The notes below the pieces were generated by a model that was not told the origin of the DNA, made no database searches, and saw only the letters and a program-made list of their open reading frames with translations. 64,000 bases of DNA from Candidatus Latescibacterota bacterium (GTDB taxonomy: Bacteria; Latescibacterota; UBA2968; UBA8231), in contig CBDCSU010000006.1 in assembly GCA_965221775.1 (NCBI GenBank), forward strand, positions 1,504,001-1,568,000, read 5' to 3'. A program made the translations under genes and the position numbers. Positions 37,666-51,054 of the stretch are shown one piece after another (within the stretch, counting starts at the first letter, position 1; each line of letters begins with the position of its first letter).

Positions 37666-38849
37666 CAGCCGAGCCTCATGCCCTCGACCCCCACGAGGCG
37701 GTCGTAGAGCCGGTAGAGGACCATGACGCAGACCAGGAGGAGACCGCCCAGGGCCGCGGCGAGGGGCCAGTTGAGGGAGGTCTGCATGTGGTAGGCGATC
37801 ATGTTGGAGATCAGCTGGCCGCGGCTGCCGCCCACCAGGGCCGGGGTGATGTAGTAGCCGATGGCAAGGATGAAGACCAGCAGCGAGCCGGCGCCCACCC
37901 CGGGCAGGGTCTGGGGCCAGTAGACGCGGAAGAAGGCCTGCGCCGGACCCGCCCCGAGAGAGGCGGCGGCGCTCATCTGCACCGGCGGGATGGCGCGCAT
38001 GATCGAGTACAGGGGCAGGACCATGAAGGGCAGGAGCACGTGGGTCATGGCGACGAAGGTGCCGGTCATGTTGTAGACCAGGGCGAGGCGGCCGTCGTCG
38101 CCGATCAGCCCGAGGGCCACCATCGCGTCGTTGAGGACCCCCTGGTTCTGGAGCAGGACGATCCACGAGGTGGTGCGCACCAGCAGCGACGTCCAGAACG
38201 GGACCAGCACCAGGGCCAGCAGCAGGTTGGCGCGACGCGGCGGCGCGTGGGCGATCAGGTGGGCCACGGGGTAGCCGAGGAGCAGGCACAGGCCGGTGAT
38301 GCCCAGGCTCACCAGCAGGGTCCGCCCCAGGAGGGCCACGTAGATGCGGCGCTCCTCCGGCTGGCGGGCGACGGAGCCGTCGGGCAGCCGCTGCAGGTCC
38401 AGGGCGTTCAGGTAGTGGCGCGCGGTGAGCCGCTCCCCGGCGCTGCGCAGGGCGTGCCAGGTGCCGGCGTCGCCCCAGGCCTCGTCGGCGGCGATCATCG
38501 CCTCGCGCCAGGGCCCCTCGTCGACGCGCTGCAGCTTGCGGGCGCTGCGCGTAAAGACGCTGCGCAGGCCCCCCTGGACGCGGTTGACGCGGGTCGCCAC
38601 CTGCCCGAGGGTGCGGTCGGCCCGCGCCTTCACCAGCTCCCGCGCCGCCGCCTGGTACACCGCCTCGGGCGGAGCCTCCTCGCCGTCCCAGCCGCGCAGC
38701 AGACGCAGGGTCTCCGGCAGGACGCCGGCCACCACCGGGTCGTAGACGCTGCGCACCAGCATCGTCGCCAGCGGCGCGATGAAGGTCACGCCGATGAAGA
38801 CCAGCAGGGGCAGGACCAGCCCCGCGGCGCGCAGCCGGGGGCGGTTCAT
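37665..38849 (-). CDS. potB: Polyamine/opine-type ABC permease (PotB-like, long periplasmic insert)
   Basis: LGYPVA, PFWTSLLVRT, LPFMVLPLY and GYYITPALVGG motifs. Confidence 0.85.
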   Translation of the reverse strand: MNRPRLRAAGLVLPLLVFIGVTFIAPLATMLVRSVYDPVVAGVLPETLRLLRGWDGEEAPPEAVYQAAARELVKARADRTLGQVATRVNRVQGGLRSVFTRSARKLQRVDEGPWREAMIAADEAWGDAGTWHALRSAGERLTARHYLNALDLQRLPDGSVARQPEERRIYVALLGRTLLVSLGITGLCLLLGYPVAHLIAHAPPRRANLLLALVLVPFWTSLLVRTTSWIVLLQNQGVLNDAMVALGLIGDDGRLALVYNMTGTFVAMTHVLLPFMVLPLYSIMRAIPPVQMSAAASLGAGPAQAFFRVYWPQTLPGVGAGSLLVFILAIGYYITPALVGGSRGQLISNMIAYHMQTSLNWPLAAALGGLLLVCVMVLYRLYDRLVGVEGMRLG

Positions 38850-38863
38850 CGCTGCCGGGCCCT

Positions 38864-40030
38864 TCAGGAGATCACCTCGCCTGCCCAGAGCGATTGCAGG
38901 AACGCCTTCCATGGGACGATGCGAATCGGCCCTGCGACCCGTTCTGCCGGCTCGTTGCAGACGACGATCGCTTTGCGGGGAGCGTACTCGTCGATAAAGG
39001 CGCGCAGGGCTCGCAGGGCCCTGTCTTCCACCCGGGCCGTCCCCTTTACCTCGATGGCCACCTCGCCGTCCCCCAGCACGAAGTCGACCTCCAGGCCGGA
39101 CTTCGTCCGCCAGAAGCAAACGTCATAGCGCAGTTCGCTGTATGAACTGTGCGCCCTCAATTCGGTGAAGACGAAATGCTCGAAGGCCTTGCCGAAGGTC
39201 GCACCCCGGGCCTCCTGCAAGTGCCGTCTGGCCAGGGCCCCGGCCAAGCCCACATCGAACAGATAGAACCTGGATGCCTTCGAGATGACCTGACGGCCTT
39301 GCCGTCTCTTGAAAGGCGCGACCATGGCGCCCAGGAGCGTATCCACGAGAATCTGGTAGTACTCCTTGACGGTCTTGGAACTGACGCCGCACTCGCGCGC
39401 GATATTGGAGAAGTTGGTCAGCTCGCCGTGCGAATACGCCATGGCCTCGAAGAATCTGGAGAAGGCGGGAATGTCGCGCGTCAACCCCTCGGCGAAGACT
39501 TCCTCCTTCAGGTAATCCTGCAGATATGCGTTCAGGGAACGGCGGTATTGCAGGCTGACGAAGTGGTCGGGAATCAGACCGCGGTTCAGGATCGTCAGGA
39601 GATCGATGTCGCCGTCGCTCAATTCGTCGCTCACCAGCGGGAACATCTCGTAGCGCCAGGCGCGTCCTCCGAGCAGATTGGCCCGTCCCCGCTTGAGCTT
39701 GCGCGCACTGGACCCGCACAGGATGAAGCGCAATCCCTTGTTCTCGATGAGCCAGTGCACTTCATCGAGCAGGAGCGGCACATGCTGCACTTCGTCCAGG
39801 ATGATCGGATGCGCCCGCGATGTTTCGGATCGTGCGAGCAGTTGCTCGCGCAGGAGGGCCGGCCGGCGATTGAAGTCCAGCATCAAGTCGGTCTTCAGAA
39901 AATCAAAGACCAGGCTGTCGGGAAAGGTCTGCTGGAGATAGGTGGATTTGCCCGTCTTCCGCGGTCCCCACAAGAAGGCCGACTGGCGCTCGGGCAAGTC
40001 CATCTTCAGGCGCCGGGCATACTGAACCAT
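38864..40030 (-). CDS. AAA_14 ATPase with DUF4143 and C-terminal PD-(D/E)xK-like motif
   Basis: GPRKTGKST, ILDEVQ, CGSS, YLFDVG and WRTKSGLEVDFV...IEVK. Lower GC. Confidence 0.92.
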   Translation of the reverse strand: MVQYARRLKMDLPERQSAFLWGPRKTGKSTYLQQTFPDSLVFDFLKTDLMLDFNRRPALLREQLLARSETSRAHPIILDEVQHVPLLLDEVHWLIENKGLRFILCGSSARKLKRGRANLLGGRAWRYEMFPLVSDELSDGDIDLLTILNRGLIPDHFVSLQYRRSLNAYLQDYLKEEVFAEGLTRDIPAFSRFFEAMAYSHGELTNFSNIARECGVSSKTVKEYYQILVDTLLGAMVAPFKRRQGRQVISKASRFYLFDVGLAGALARRHLQEARGATFGKAFEHFVFTELRAHSSYSELRYDVCFWRTKSGLEVDFVLGDGEVAIEVKGTARVEDRALRALRAFIDEYAPRKAIVVCNEPAERVAGPIRIVPWKAFLQSLWAGEVIS

Positions 40031-40060
40031 TTTGACCCGTGTTTCACAACGGTCGGATTT

Positions 40061-40096
40061 TTTTGGAAGCTACTCCAAAATTTCCAAGACTGTCAA
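40061..40096 (-). promoter_or_regulatory. Sigma70 promoter with overlapping palindromic operator
   Basis: Minus strand TTGACA (40096-40091), 18 nt, TAGCTT (40072-40067). Palindrome TTTTGGA-N6-TCCAAAA at 40061-40080. Confidence 0.65.
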
Positions 40097-40114
40097 CCCC
40101 TCTCCGCTTGCCGC

Positions 40115-41197
40115 TCAGCGCGCCAGCCAGGTGCTGAAGCGCTCGTTCATCTCGTCGCCGTGGTCGCTCCACCACTCCCAGTCGTTGTGCAGGGCGCGGC
40201 TGGCGTTCTGCTCGCTCGTGGGCATGTGGGGGCTCATCTCCACGCCCTTTTCCGCGTGGGTCGAGATCAGGGCCCCCGCGGAGCGGCGCGTCGGGCTGTA
40301 GGCGATGAAGCGGCCCACGTCGGAGATGGACCGCGCCGTGGAGGCGAAGTGGACGAACTTCCGCGCCGCTTCCAGCCTCGGGGTGCCGGCGACGATGGCG
40401 AGGCCGCCGGTGTCGAGCACCTGGCCGTCCCAGACGATGACGAAGGGCTGGTCCTCGAGGACCTGGGCGTTGAAGATGCGGCCGTTGTAGGCGGTGGTCA
40501 TCACCACCTCGCCGTCGGCCAGCATCTGCGGCGGCTGGGCCCCGGCCTCCCACCAGACGATCTGCTCCTTGATGGTGTCGAGCTTGCGGAAGGCGCGGTC
40601 CACGCCCCCGGGGGTGTCGAGGGCGGCGTAGACGCTGTCGAGGGGGACGCCGTCGGCGATGAGGGCGAACTCCAGGTTCGCCAGGGGCGAGCGGCGCATG
40701 CCGCGGCGGCCCGGAAACTTCTCCAGGTCGAAGAAATCGGCCATGGTGGCGGGTTTCTCGCCCTCGATGTTCTCGTCGTTGTAGGCGTACACCGTGGAGT
40801 AGAAGATCGTCGCCGGGCCGCAGTCGGTGATCGTGCCTTCGACGAAGTCGTCGGCCGCGGGGGTGCCGTCGGCTCCGGCCGCCAGGGAGTCGATCTCCAC
40901 GTACTCGAGCAGCCCCTCGTCGCAGCCGCGCGCGAGGTCGGGGATCTCCAGGTCGACCACGTCCCAGTAGACGTTGCCCACGTCGACCTGGGCGCGGATC
41001 TGCGCCAGCCCGCCGTTGTAGTCCTCGAGGTTGATGGCGATCCCCGTCTCGGCGGTGAAGCGCTCGTGGTAGCCCTTGACGCAGGCGCGCGCGTACGAGC
41101 CGCCCCAGGAGACCACGGTCAGGGACTGGTCCCCGGCGGCGGCGGCGCTCCAGGAAAGCAGGCCCAGGACCGCGGCCGCGGTGATTCGGAAGGTCAT
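40115..41197 (-). CDS. ABC substrate-binding protein (PotD/PotF-like)
   Basis: Signal peptide; VVSWGGSY, WDVVD, FFDLEKFPGRRG and YNGR motifs. Confidence 0.9.
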   Translation of the reverse strand: MTFRITAAAVLGLLSWSAAAAGDQSLTVVSWGGSYARACVKGYHERFTAETGIAINLEDYNGGLAQIRAQVDVGNVYWDVVDLEIPDLARGCDEGLLEYVEIDSLAAGADGTPAADDFVEGTITDCGPATIFYSTVYAYNDENIEGEKPATMADFFDLEKFPGRRGMRRSPLANLEFALIADGVPLDSVYAALDTPGGVDRAFRKLDTIKEQIVWWEAGAQPPQMLADGEVVMTTAYNGRIFNAQVLEDQPFVIVWDGQVLDTGGLAIVAGTPRLEAARKFVHFASTARSISDVGRFIAYSPTRRSAGALISTHAEKGVEMSPHMPTSEQNASRALHNDWEWWSDHGDEMNERFSTWLAR

Positions 41198-41208
41198 TCT
41201 CCGTCCTC

Positions 41209-42954
41209 TCATATCTCGTCTCCTTCGACTCGCACCGTCACGATGTCGGTGTCGTGGTACTGCTGGTGGCGCACCGAGGAGGCCACGTGCCGCAGCAGGC
41301 GCAGCGACAGCTCGCGCTCGTCGGGCGCCTCGGCCCGCTCTCCCAGGAGCACCATCATGTCTTCGAGGTTCTCCTCGCCGATGGCGGCGACGAACTCCAG
41401 CTCCAGGGCCCGTCCGTCGCGGTTGGCGAAGACGAGGAGACGCCGCTTCGACCCGGCTTCGTCCCCCTCTTCCGGCATGCCGAGGCTCAACAAGGTCTCC
41501 TCCCCGGCCAGGCACAGGCGGTCGATGGCCCTCTCGCTCCAGCCCATGCGGCCGGCGCTCTCGCGCAGGAAGGCTTCCACCCCCGGCACGGCGGCCTGGT
41601 CCAGGTCCATCTCGATGCGCCGCCGGCGCGGGCGGGTCAGCTCCATGAACAGAGTCAGGACGATGGCGACCAGGCCCCCGGTGGTCATGCCGTTGCCCAG
41701 CAGCACCCTCCCGGTCTCGCCGAGGGAATCGGCGAAGATCGCCTGGTTCTGGAACCCCGTGCCGATCCAGAAGGCGAGGCCGGCCACCGTGGCCTTGCGG
41801 TAGTCGATCCCGTCCTGGACGACGATCCTCATGCCCTGCACGAAGAGCAGGGCCAGCAGCATGGTGAGGTAGGCCGCGGCCACGGGATTGGGGATGGTCA
41901 GGGGAAGGGCCGTCATCTTGGGCATGAAAGCCAGGACGGCCAGGACGATGCCGATGCACAGGCCGACGTTGCGGGAGGCCACCCCGGTCATCTCCGCCAG
42001 GGGAATGCTCGAGGAGTAGGTCGTGTTGGGCACCGTCGCCGCGACCCCGGAGAGCAGGTTGCCCACCCCGTCGGCGGCGACCGCTCCCTGCACGGTGCGG
42101 AAGTCGACGGCCCTCTCCGCCCGCCAGGAGACCCGCTGGATGGCCACGGCGTCGCCGATCGTCTCGATGGCCCCGACGAGGGTCACGAAGATGAAGGCCG
42201 GCAGCAGGGCCCAGAAAGCGGTCCCGAGGTCCCACTCGAGTCCCCGCCAGCCCCCGGCGGGAACCCCCACCCACGCGGAGGAGGCGATGGGCTCCACGTC
42301 ATACAGGCCGAAGAGCGACGCCGTGCCGCAGCCGGCGACGATGCCGACGACCGGGGCCCACAACCGCCAGGCTCCCGAGGCCCGCAGCCCCAGGGCCGCC
42401 ACCACCGCCAGGGTGACCCCGGCGGTCACCGGGGCCGCGGCCGGCGGCGTCCCCTCGGGCACGTCCGAGAGCATGTCGAAGGCGATGGGCATGATGGTGA
42501 CGGCGATGAGCATGATCACCGTGCCGGAGACGACCGGCGTGAGGATGCGCCGCAGCAGCGACAGCCGCGCCGACAGGGCGAACTGGAACAGGGACGAGAC
42601 GACGACGAGGGCGGCCAGCAGCGGCGGCCCCCCCTCCACCAGGGCCGCGACGCAGACGGCGATGAAGGCCCCGGAGGTGCCCATGATGAGCACGTGCCCG
42701 GAGCCGATGCGCCCGAGGCGGACCGCCTGCAGCACGGTGGTGAAGCCGCTGATGATCAGGGCCGCGAAGATCGCCCAGGTCAGGTAGGAGTCGTCCTGGT
42801 CCGCCGCCCGGATCACGATGGCGGGAGTCAGGACGATCCCCGCCAGGACGAGCATCGCCGCCTGCACGCCCAGGCCGATGGAGAGGGGGTGCGGCGGCTG
42901 CTCGTCGGGCTGGTAGCGGATCCCCGTGGGGCTGGTCCGGTCCTCGGCGGGCAT
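41209..42954 (-). CDS. NCS2 (xanthine/uracil-type) permease fused to an RsbW/HATPase-like C-terminal domain
   Basis: YQPDEQPP, GLGVQ, GTSGAF, ETIGD and ADGVGN NCS2 motifs, then a soluble tail of about 140 aa. Confidence 0.85.
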   Translation of the reverse strand: MPAEDRTSPTGIRYQPDEQPPHPLSIGLGVQAAMLVLAGIVLTPAIVIRAADQDDSYLTWAIFAALIISGFTTVLQAVRLGRIGSGHVLIMGTSGAFIAVCVAALVEGGPPLLAALVVVSSLFQFALSARLSLLRRILTPVVSGTVIMLIAVTIMPIAFDMLSDVPEGTPPAAAPVTAGVTLAVVAALGLRASGAWRLWAPVVGIVAGCGTASLFGLYDVEPIASSAWVGVPAGGWRGLEWDLGTAFWALLPAFIFVTLVGAIETIGDAVAIQRVSWRAERAVDFRTVQGAVAADGVGNLLSGVAATVPNTTYSSSIPLAEMTGVASRNVGLCIGIVLAVLAFMPKMTALPLTIPNPVAAAYLTMLLALLFVQGMRIVVQDGIDYRKATVAGLAFWIGTGFQNQAIFADSLGETGRVLLGNGMTTGGLVAIVLTLFMELTRPRRRRIEMDLDQAAVPGVEAFLRESAGRMGWSERAIDRLCLAGEETLLSLGMPEEGDEAGSKRRLLVFANRDGRALELEFVAAIGEENLEDMMVLLGERAEAPDERELSLRLLRHVASSVRHQQYHDTDIVTVRVEGDEI

Positions 42955-42959
42955 GGGTC

Positions 42960-44095
<1,136 letters not shown>

Positions 44096-44099
<4 letters not shown>

Positions 44100-45277
44100 G
44101 CCAGACCCCCGCGGCGCAGGTCCATGGCCAGGGCGCGGAAGCCGCGCACCCGGTGGACGGTGCACAGGTCGGCGTCGTGCTGGTCGCCGGAGTCCCGGCT
44201 GGTGCGCGACAGCACCACCAGGTCGTCGCCGTCGACGACGGCGCTCGGGTACATGAAGCTGCGGTGCGCGTGGTCGGGCCAGCGGGCCACGCAGCCGGCG
44301 GGGAACCAGTTGAGGCAGTCGACGCCGTAGTGCAGGAACAGCCACCGGCGCTCGTTTCCCGGCCCCCCGTGGTAGCCGGTCTCGCGCATGCGCGCCCCCC
44401 ACCCCAGCAGGTCCTGCGAGTTGGTGGCCAGGTTGCTCAGCATCCAGTACATGCCCCCGGGCCGGTCGTGGATCAGGTAGAACTTGCACTGCGCCCCCGG
44501 CCACGCGGCGAACTGGGTGAAGGAGAGGCGGTTCGCCTCCGGGTCGTAGTCGAGGACGGCGGCGACGTTGGCGGTGGCGTACTCGTCGATGACGCAGCGG
44601 GTGAAGACGCGGATCCGCGAGCCGACCTCCACGGTGTTGGGCTCCAGCCAGACGAGGGGGTCCGGCCAGCCGCGGTAGAGCTCCTCCCGGTCCCCTTCGG
44701 GGTAGAGGCCCCGCGTCAGGGAGCGGGGCAGGGGCGGCGCCTCGACGATGTTGGAGAGGCTCCAGGCGGCGGGGTCCAGCGGCGACTTCCGCCTGTCGAT
44801 GCGGACCATCACCTTGCCGCCGTGGGTGCGCTCCGGCAGGTCCCGGTCCATGGCCCAGTAGACATAGTCGGGCCTGAGCAGCATGGCGGTGGAGATGTTC
44901 CACAGCGGCCCCTCCAGGACGCGCACCGGATCGGACCAGGACTGCCCCCGGTCGCGGCTGTGGGCGATGAGGACGTCCTTGTGGCAGGTCTCCTGGGCGA
45001 AGAGGTAGAGCTCGCCGTCGAGGACGAAGGGCGTGCCCTCCTCGAAGGGGAGGGAGGGCAGCTCGTCCCAGGCGGAACCGCCGTCGGAGCTGCGCAGCAT
45101 GCGGAGGTGCCGGCCCGTGCCGCGGCCGGGGCGCCCCCACTCGGGGGCGGCGATGAGCAGGGTGCCGTCGTCGAGGCGGGTCATGTCCGGGTCGTGGAAG
45201 AACAACCGCCCGGGATCGGGGACCCTCGCGGCGACGGCGAAGTCCTGGGCGAGGGGCTCGACGTTGGGGTTGGCCAT
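44096..45277 (-). CDS. BNR/Asp-box sialidase-like beta-propeller protein
   Basis: Asp boxes SSDGGSAW and SRDRGQSW, plus WLEPN and FMYP. Confidence 0.75.
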
Positions 45278-45291
45278 GCCGGGGCCGCGCT

Positions 45292-47973
<2,682 letters not shown>

Positions 47974-48066
47974 GGGGATCCCTTGTCCATTATGGTAGTT
48001 GGCGAGCCGGCGTACGAAGCGGGCGGCCCCCCGGGATGTCAAACGCCGCGCATCGGCGGCGCCCGC

Positions 48067-48095
48067 TTGACCGCCCCGGGGCGCTGGGATAGCCT
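48067..48095 (+). promoter_or_regulatory. Sigma70 promoter, probably leaderless transcript
   Basis: TTGACC, 17 nt, TAGCCT, 8 nt, ATG 48104. No SD. Confidence 0.55.
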
Positions 48096-48103
48096 GTCCG
48101 CCC

Positions 48104-48679
48104 ATGCCCGGTTCCCTCAGCCAAGGCGGCCTGCTCTGGTCGGGCCAGCACTGGATCGCCTACCTGCGCCGGCCCGGGAGCCAGGACCACACGGGCATGG
48201 TCAGCCTCTACCGCGGCGACACCTCGCCCGCCGGCGCCGGCACCGCCGCCTTCGTGCAGGTCCCGGGGGCCGATGGCTTCACCGGCCTGTGCACGGACAA
48301 CCGCGAATTCGCCGAGTTCGTGCGCCAGACGCAGGTCGTGCCCACCTCCCCCTTCGACCGCGGCATGGAGGTGGTCGAGGCCCGCCTGTCCCCCGGGGGC
48401 GACATCCGCACGGAGCCCACGTGGCAGATCGACGCCGCCGGCCGCCGCATCGATGTCTGCTGGCGCGAGCTGGACCCGCCCCTGGTCGGGCCTCCCACCG
48501 CCCATCCGCGGATCGTCTTCACTATCCTGGTCTTCGCCGGCGGCGGCTCGATCCGGCTCGACGGGCGGGACGTGGGCGGCGAGGCCTACCCGCGCGACAC
48601 CTGGGCCCGGACCCTCGGCCAGCCGCGCTCCTCCTGCTGCTTCGCCCTGGCGGAGACGATGATCGCCGAGGACGGCTGA
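48104..48679 (+). CDS. Hypothetical protein
   Basis: GC3-biased 191-aa ORF, beta-rich, with its own promoter. Confidence 0.75.
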   Translation: MPGSLSQGGLLWSGQHWIAYLRRPGSQDHTGMVSLYRGDTSPAGAGTAAFVQVPGADGFTGLCTDNREFAEFVRQTQVVPTSPFDRGMEVVEARLSPGGDIRTEPTWQIDAAGRRIDVCWRELDPPLVGPPTAHPRIVFTILVFAGGGSIRLDGRDVGGEAYPRDTWARTLGQPRSSCCFALAETMIAEDG

Positions 48680-48694
48680 GCCGCCAGCCGGGGC

Positions 48695-50161
48695 TCAGCG
48701 GCTCAGCCCCATCCTCTCGAACTGCTCCGCCGGCGCGTCGCACTCGGCCATGAGCCTGGCCATCTGGCCGCCGAGGCGCTCCACCACCTCCGCATCGTCG
48801 AGGGGACTCTCCTGCTTCGGGTCGGCCCGCAGGTCGTAGAGCAGGTCGCCCACGTCGCCCTCCACCGGTTGCGAGATGTTGCCCCCCGCCGGCAGACGCA
48901 GGGTGGGCATCCCCCGGGTGAATGAGAAGGGGTCGGCGAGTCCGGCCTCCGGGAGCCGCCCCTTGTAGCCGCGCATCGCCGTGGGCAGGAGGGTGTAGGC
49001 GTTGAGTGGCTGGTTGTGGGGGGTGCGGCAGGTGCGGTAGTAGACGTGGCGGCCGTCGGTGACGTTCACGCGGTTGCCGTGGTAGCCGAAGATGGCGGCG
49101 TCGCGCACGGGCCGGTCCCCGGCGACGACGCCGGCCAGGTCGTGGCCGCGCATGCCCTCGGTGGGCTCCTGGCCGAAGAACCGGAGCAGCGTCGGCCCCA
49201 GGTCGATGGCCGGCTGCACCAGGGCGTTGCGGGTCTGCCCCGCCGCCCCCGGGCTGCGCGGGTCCCAGACGAAGAACGGGGTGTGGCTCAGCTCCTCGTA
49301 CAAGGGCGGCCAGTTCTTGGCGTAGCCGCCGTGCTCTCCCAGCAGGAAGCCGTGGTCCGTCCACAGGACCAGCATCGTGTCGTCCCACATGCGGTGACGG
49401 TCCATGAGGTCGAGGACATCGCCGAGGCTGGCGTCGCACTTGGAGACCAGGGCGGCGTAGTTGCGGCGCACCTCGGCGACCTGCTCCGGGGTCTCGCGGA
49501 CCGGACCGTACGACGGCCAGTCGAAGAGGGGGCCGTCGTAGTCGGAGGGGTAGAGGTCCTGGTAGCGGCGGTTGCTGAAGAACGGCTCGTGGGGGTCGAA
49601 GCACTCGATCTGCAGGAACCAGTCGTCCTCGCCGGCGTTGGTCTCGATGAAGCGGCAGCCGGCCTCGAAGGTGCGGCTCTGGGGCAGGTCGGCCTCGCGC
49701 CGCTGGAAGGGGCGGTTCACCCAGTCGCTGCGGCGCCCCTTCTGGTTGAGGTTCTCCGGCACCTCGGGGTCGGCGACCTGGCCGATGTGGGGGTCCCCCT
49801 CCTGGCCGCGGTAGAACTCCCACGAGCTGTAGCGGCCGTGGTAGGTGGCGCCGCCGTCCTCCCAGTAGTGGTAGTGATCGGAGCACAGGTGGGTGTAGAC
49901 GCCGGCCTCCTGCAGCATCTGCGGCACCGAGTCGTCGAAGGGCTCCAGGGGCCCCCAGGGGCAGTGCAGGAAGTTGGGACGCCCCGTGTGCAGGTCGCGG
50001 CGCGCCGGCATGCACGGCATGGAGCAGACGTAGCTGGTGGAGAAGGTGGCGGCGCGCTCGGCGAGGCGGCGGAAGTTGGGCGCCTGCACCCAGGTGTCGG
50101 GAGCGTAGGGCGGCAGCATGTGGCGGTTGAGGGAGTCGAACATCACCATGATGCAGCGCAT
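48695..50161 (-). CDS. Formylglycine-dependent sulfatase
   Basis: FDSLN, CMPAR (CxPxR), FDPHEP and TDHGFLLGEH motifs. Confidence 0.93.
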   Translation of the reverse strand: MRCIMVMFDSLNRHMLPPYAPDTWVQAPNFRRLAERAATFSTSYVCSMPCMPARRDLHTGRPNFLHCPWGPLEPFDDSVPQMLQEAGVYTHLCSDHYHYWEDGGATYHGRYSSWEFYRGQEGDPHIGQVADPEVPENLNQKGRRSDWVNRPFQRREADLPQSRTFEAGCRFIETNAGEDDWFLQIECFDPHEPFFSNRRYQDLYPSDYDGPLFDWPSYGPVRETPEQVAEVRRNYAALVSKCDASLGDVLDLMDRHRMWDDTMLVLWTDHGFLLGEHGGYAKNWPPLYEELSHTPFFVWDPRSPGAAGQTRNALVQPAIDLGPTLLRFFGQEPTEGMRGHDLAGVVAGDRPVRDAAIFGYHGNRVNVTDGRHVYYRTCRTPHNQPLNAYTLLPTAMRGYKGRLPEAGLADPFSFTRGMPTLRLPAGGNISQPVEGDVGDLLYDLRADPKQESPLDDAEVVERLGGQMARLMAECDAPAEQFERMGLSR

Positions 50162-50240
50162 GGAGGATCTCCTGTGCGATGTGGGCGGCGGCCGCCGGGG
50201 CCGTCCTGACTCGGGACCCCGGGCGGGCTACCTTTGCCGG

Positions 50241-51020
50241 ATGACCCGGAGACTCGCGGACAAGGCGGCGCTCGTCACCGGCGCCGGCTCCGGCATCGGC
50301 CGGGCGACGGTGCACCGGTTCCTCGAGGAGGGGGCCCGCGTCGCCGCCGCCGACATCGACCCCGCGGCCCTGGAGGCCCTGGCCAAGGAGGCGGAAGCGC
50401 CCGAGGGCCGCCTCCTCGAGATCGCCGGCGACGTCTCCGACCGCGCCGACAGCGAGCGGATCGTGGCCGCGGCGGTTAGCGCCTTCGGCCGCCTGGACAT
50501 CCTCGTGAACAGCGCCGGCATCACGCCGCGCACCGTCGATCCGGCCGCCGACTTCGACGAGCGCTGGGACGCGGTGATGCGGGTCAACGCCCGGGGAACC
50601 TTCCTGATGTGCCACGCCGCCGTCAAGGAGATGCGTCGGACCGGGGGCGGCGCCATCGTCAACCTCGCCTCGGTCATGGGGCTGGTGGGCTACCCCACCT
50701 CCCTGCCCTTCTCCGACGGCTTCACCGCCTATCCGCACAGCAAGGGCGCCATCGTCCAGCTCACCCGCGACATGGGCGTGCGGCTGGCGGCGGAGGGCAT
50801 CCGCATCAACGCCGTCTGCCCCGGCTTCGTGTACACGCCGCTCACCGCCAACGTCACCGGCGACGAAGATGTCCACGCCGCCATGCGGCGCCTCCACCCC
50901 CTCGGGCGCATGGGCCAGCCGGAGGAGATCGCCCGCGTCATCGCCTTCCTCGCCTCCGACGAGGCGAGCTTCATCGTCGCCGCGGCGATCCCCGTCGACG
51001 GCGGCTACACCGCCCAGTAG
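50241..51020 (+). CDS. Short-chain dehydrogenase/reductase
   Basis: TGAGSGIG, VNSAG, YPHSK, PG and VDGG motifs. Confidence 0.93.
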   Translation: MTRRLADKAALVTGAGSGIGRATVHRFLEEGARVAAADIDPAALEALAKEAEAPEGRLLEIAGDVSDRADSERIVAAAVSAFGRLDILVNSAGITPRTVDPAADFDERWDAVMRVNARGTFLMCHAAVKEMRRTGGGAIVNLASVMGLVGYPTSLPFSDGFTAYPHSKGAIVQLTRDMGVRLAAEGIRINAVCPGFVYTPLTANVTGDEDVHAAMRRLHPLGRMGQPEEIARVIAFLASDEASFIVAAAIPVDGGYTAQ

Positions 51021-51054
51021 CCGAGCCCCAGGGCGCCCGCCCCGGGCGGCGCGC

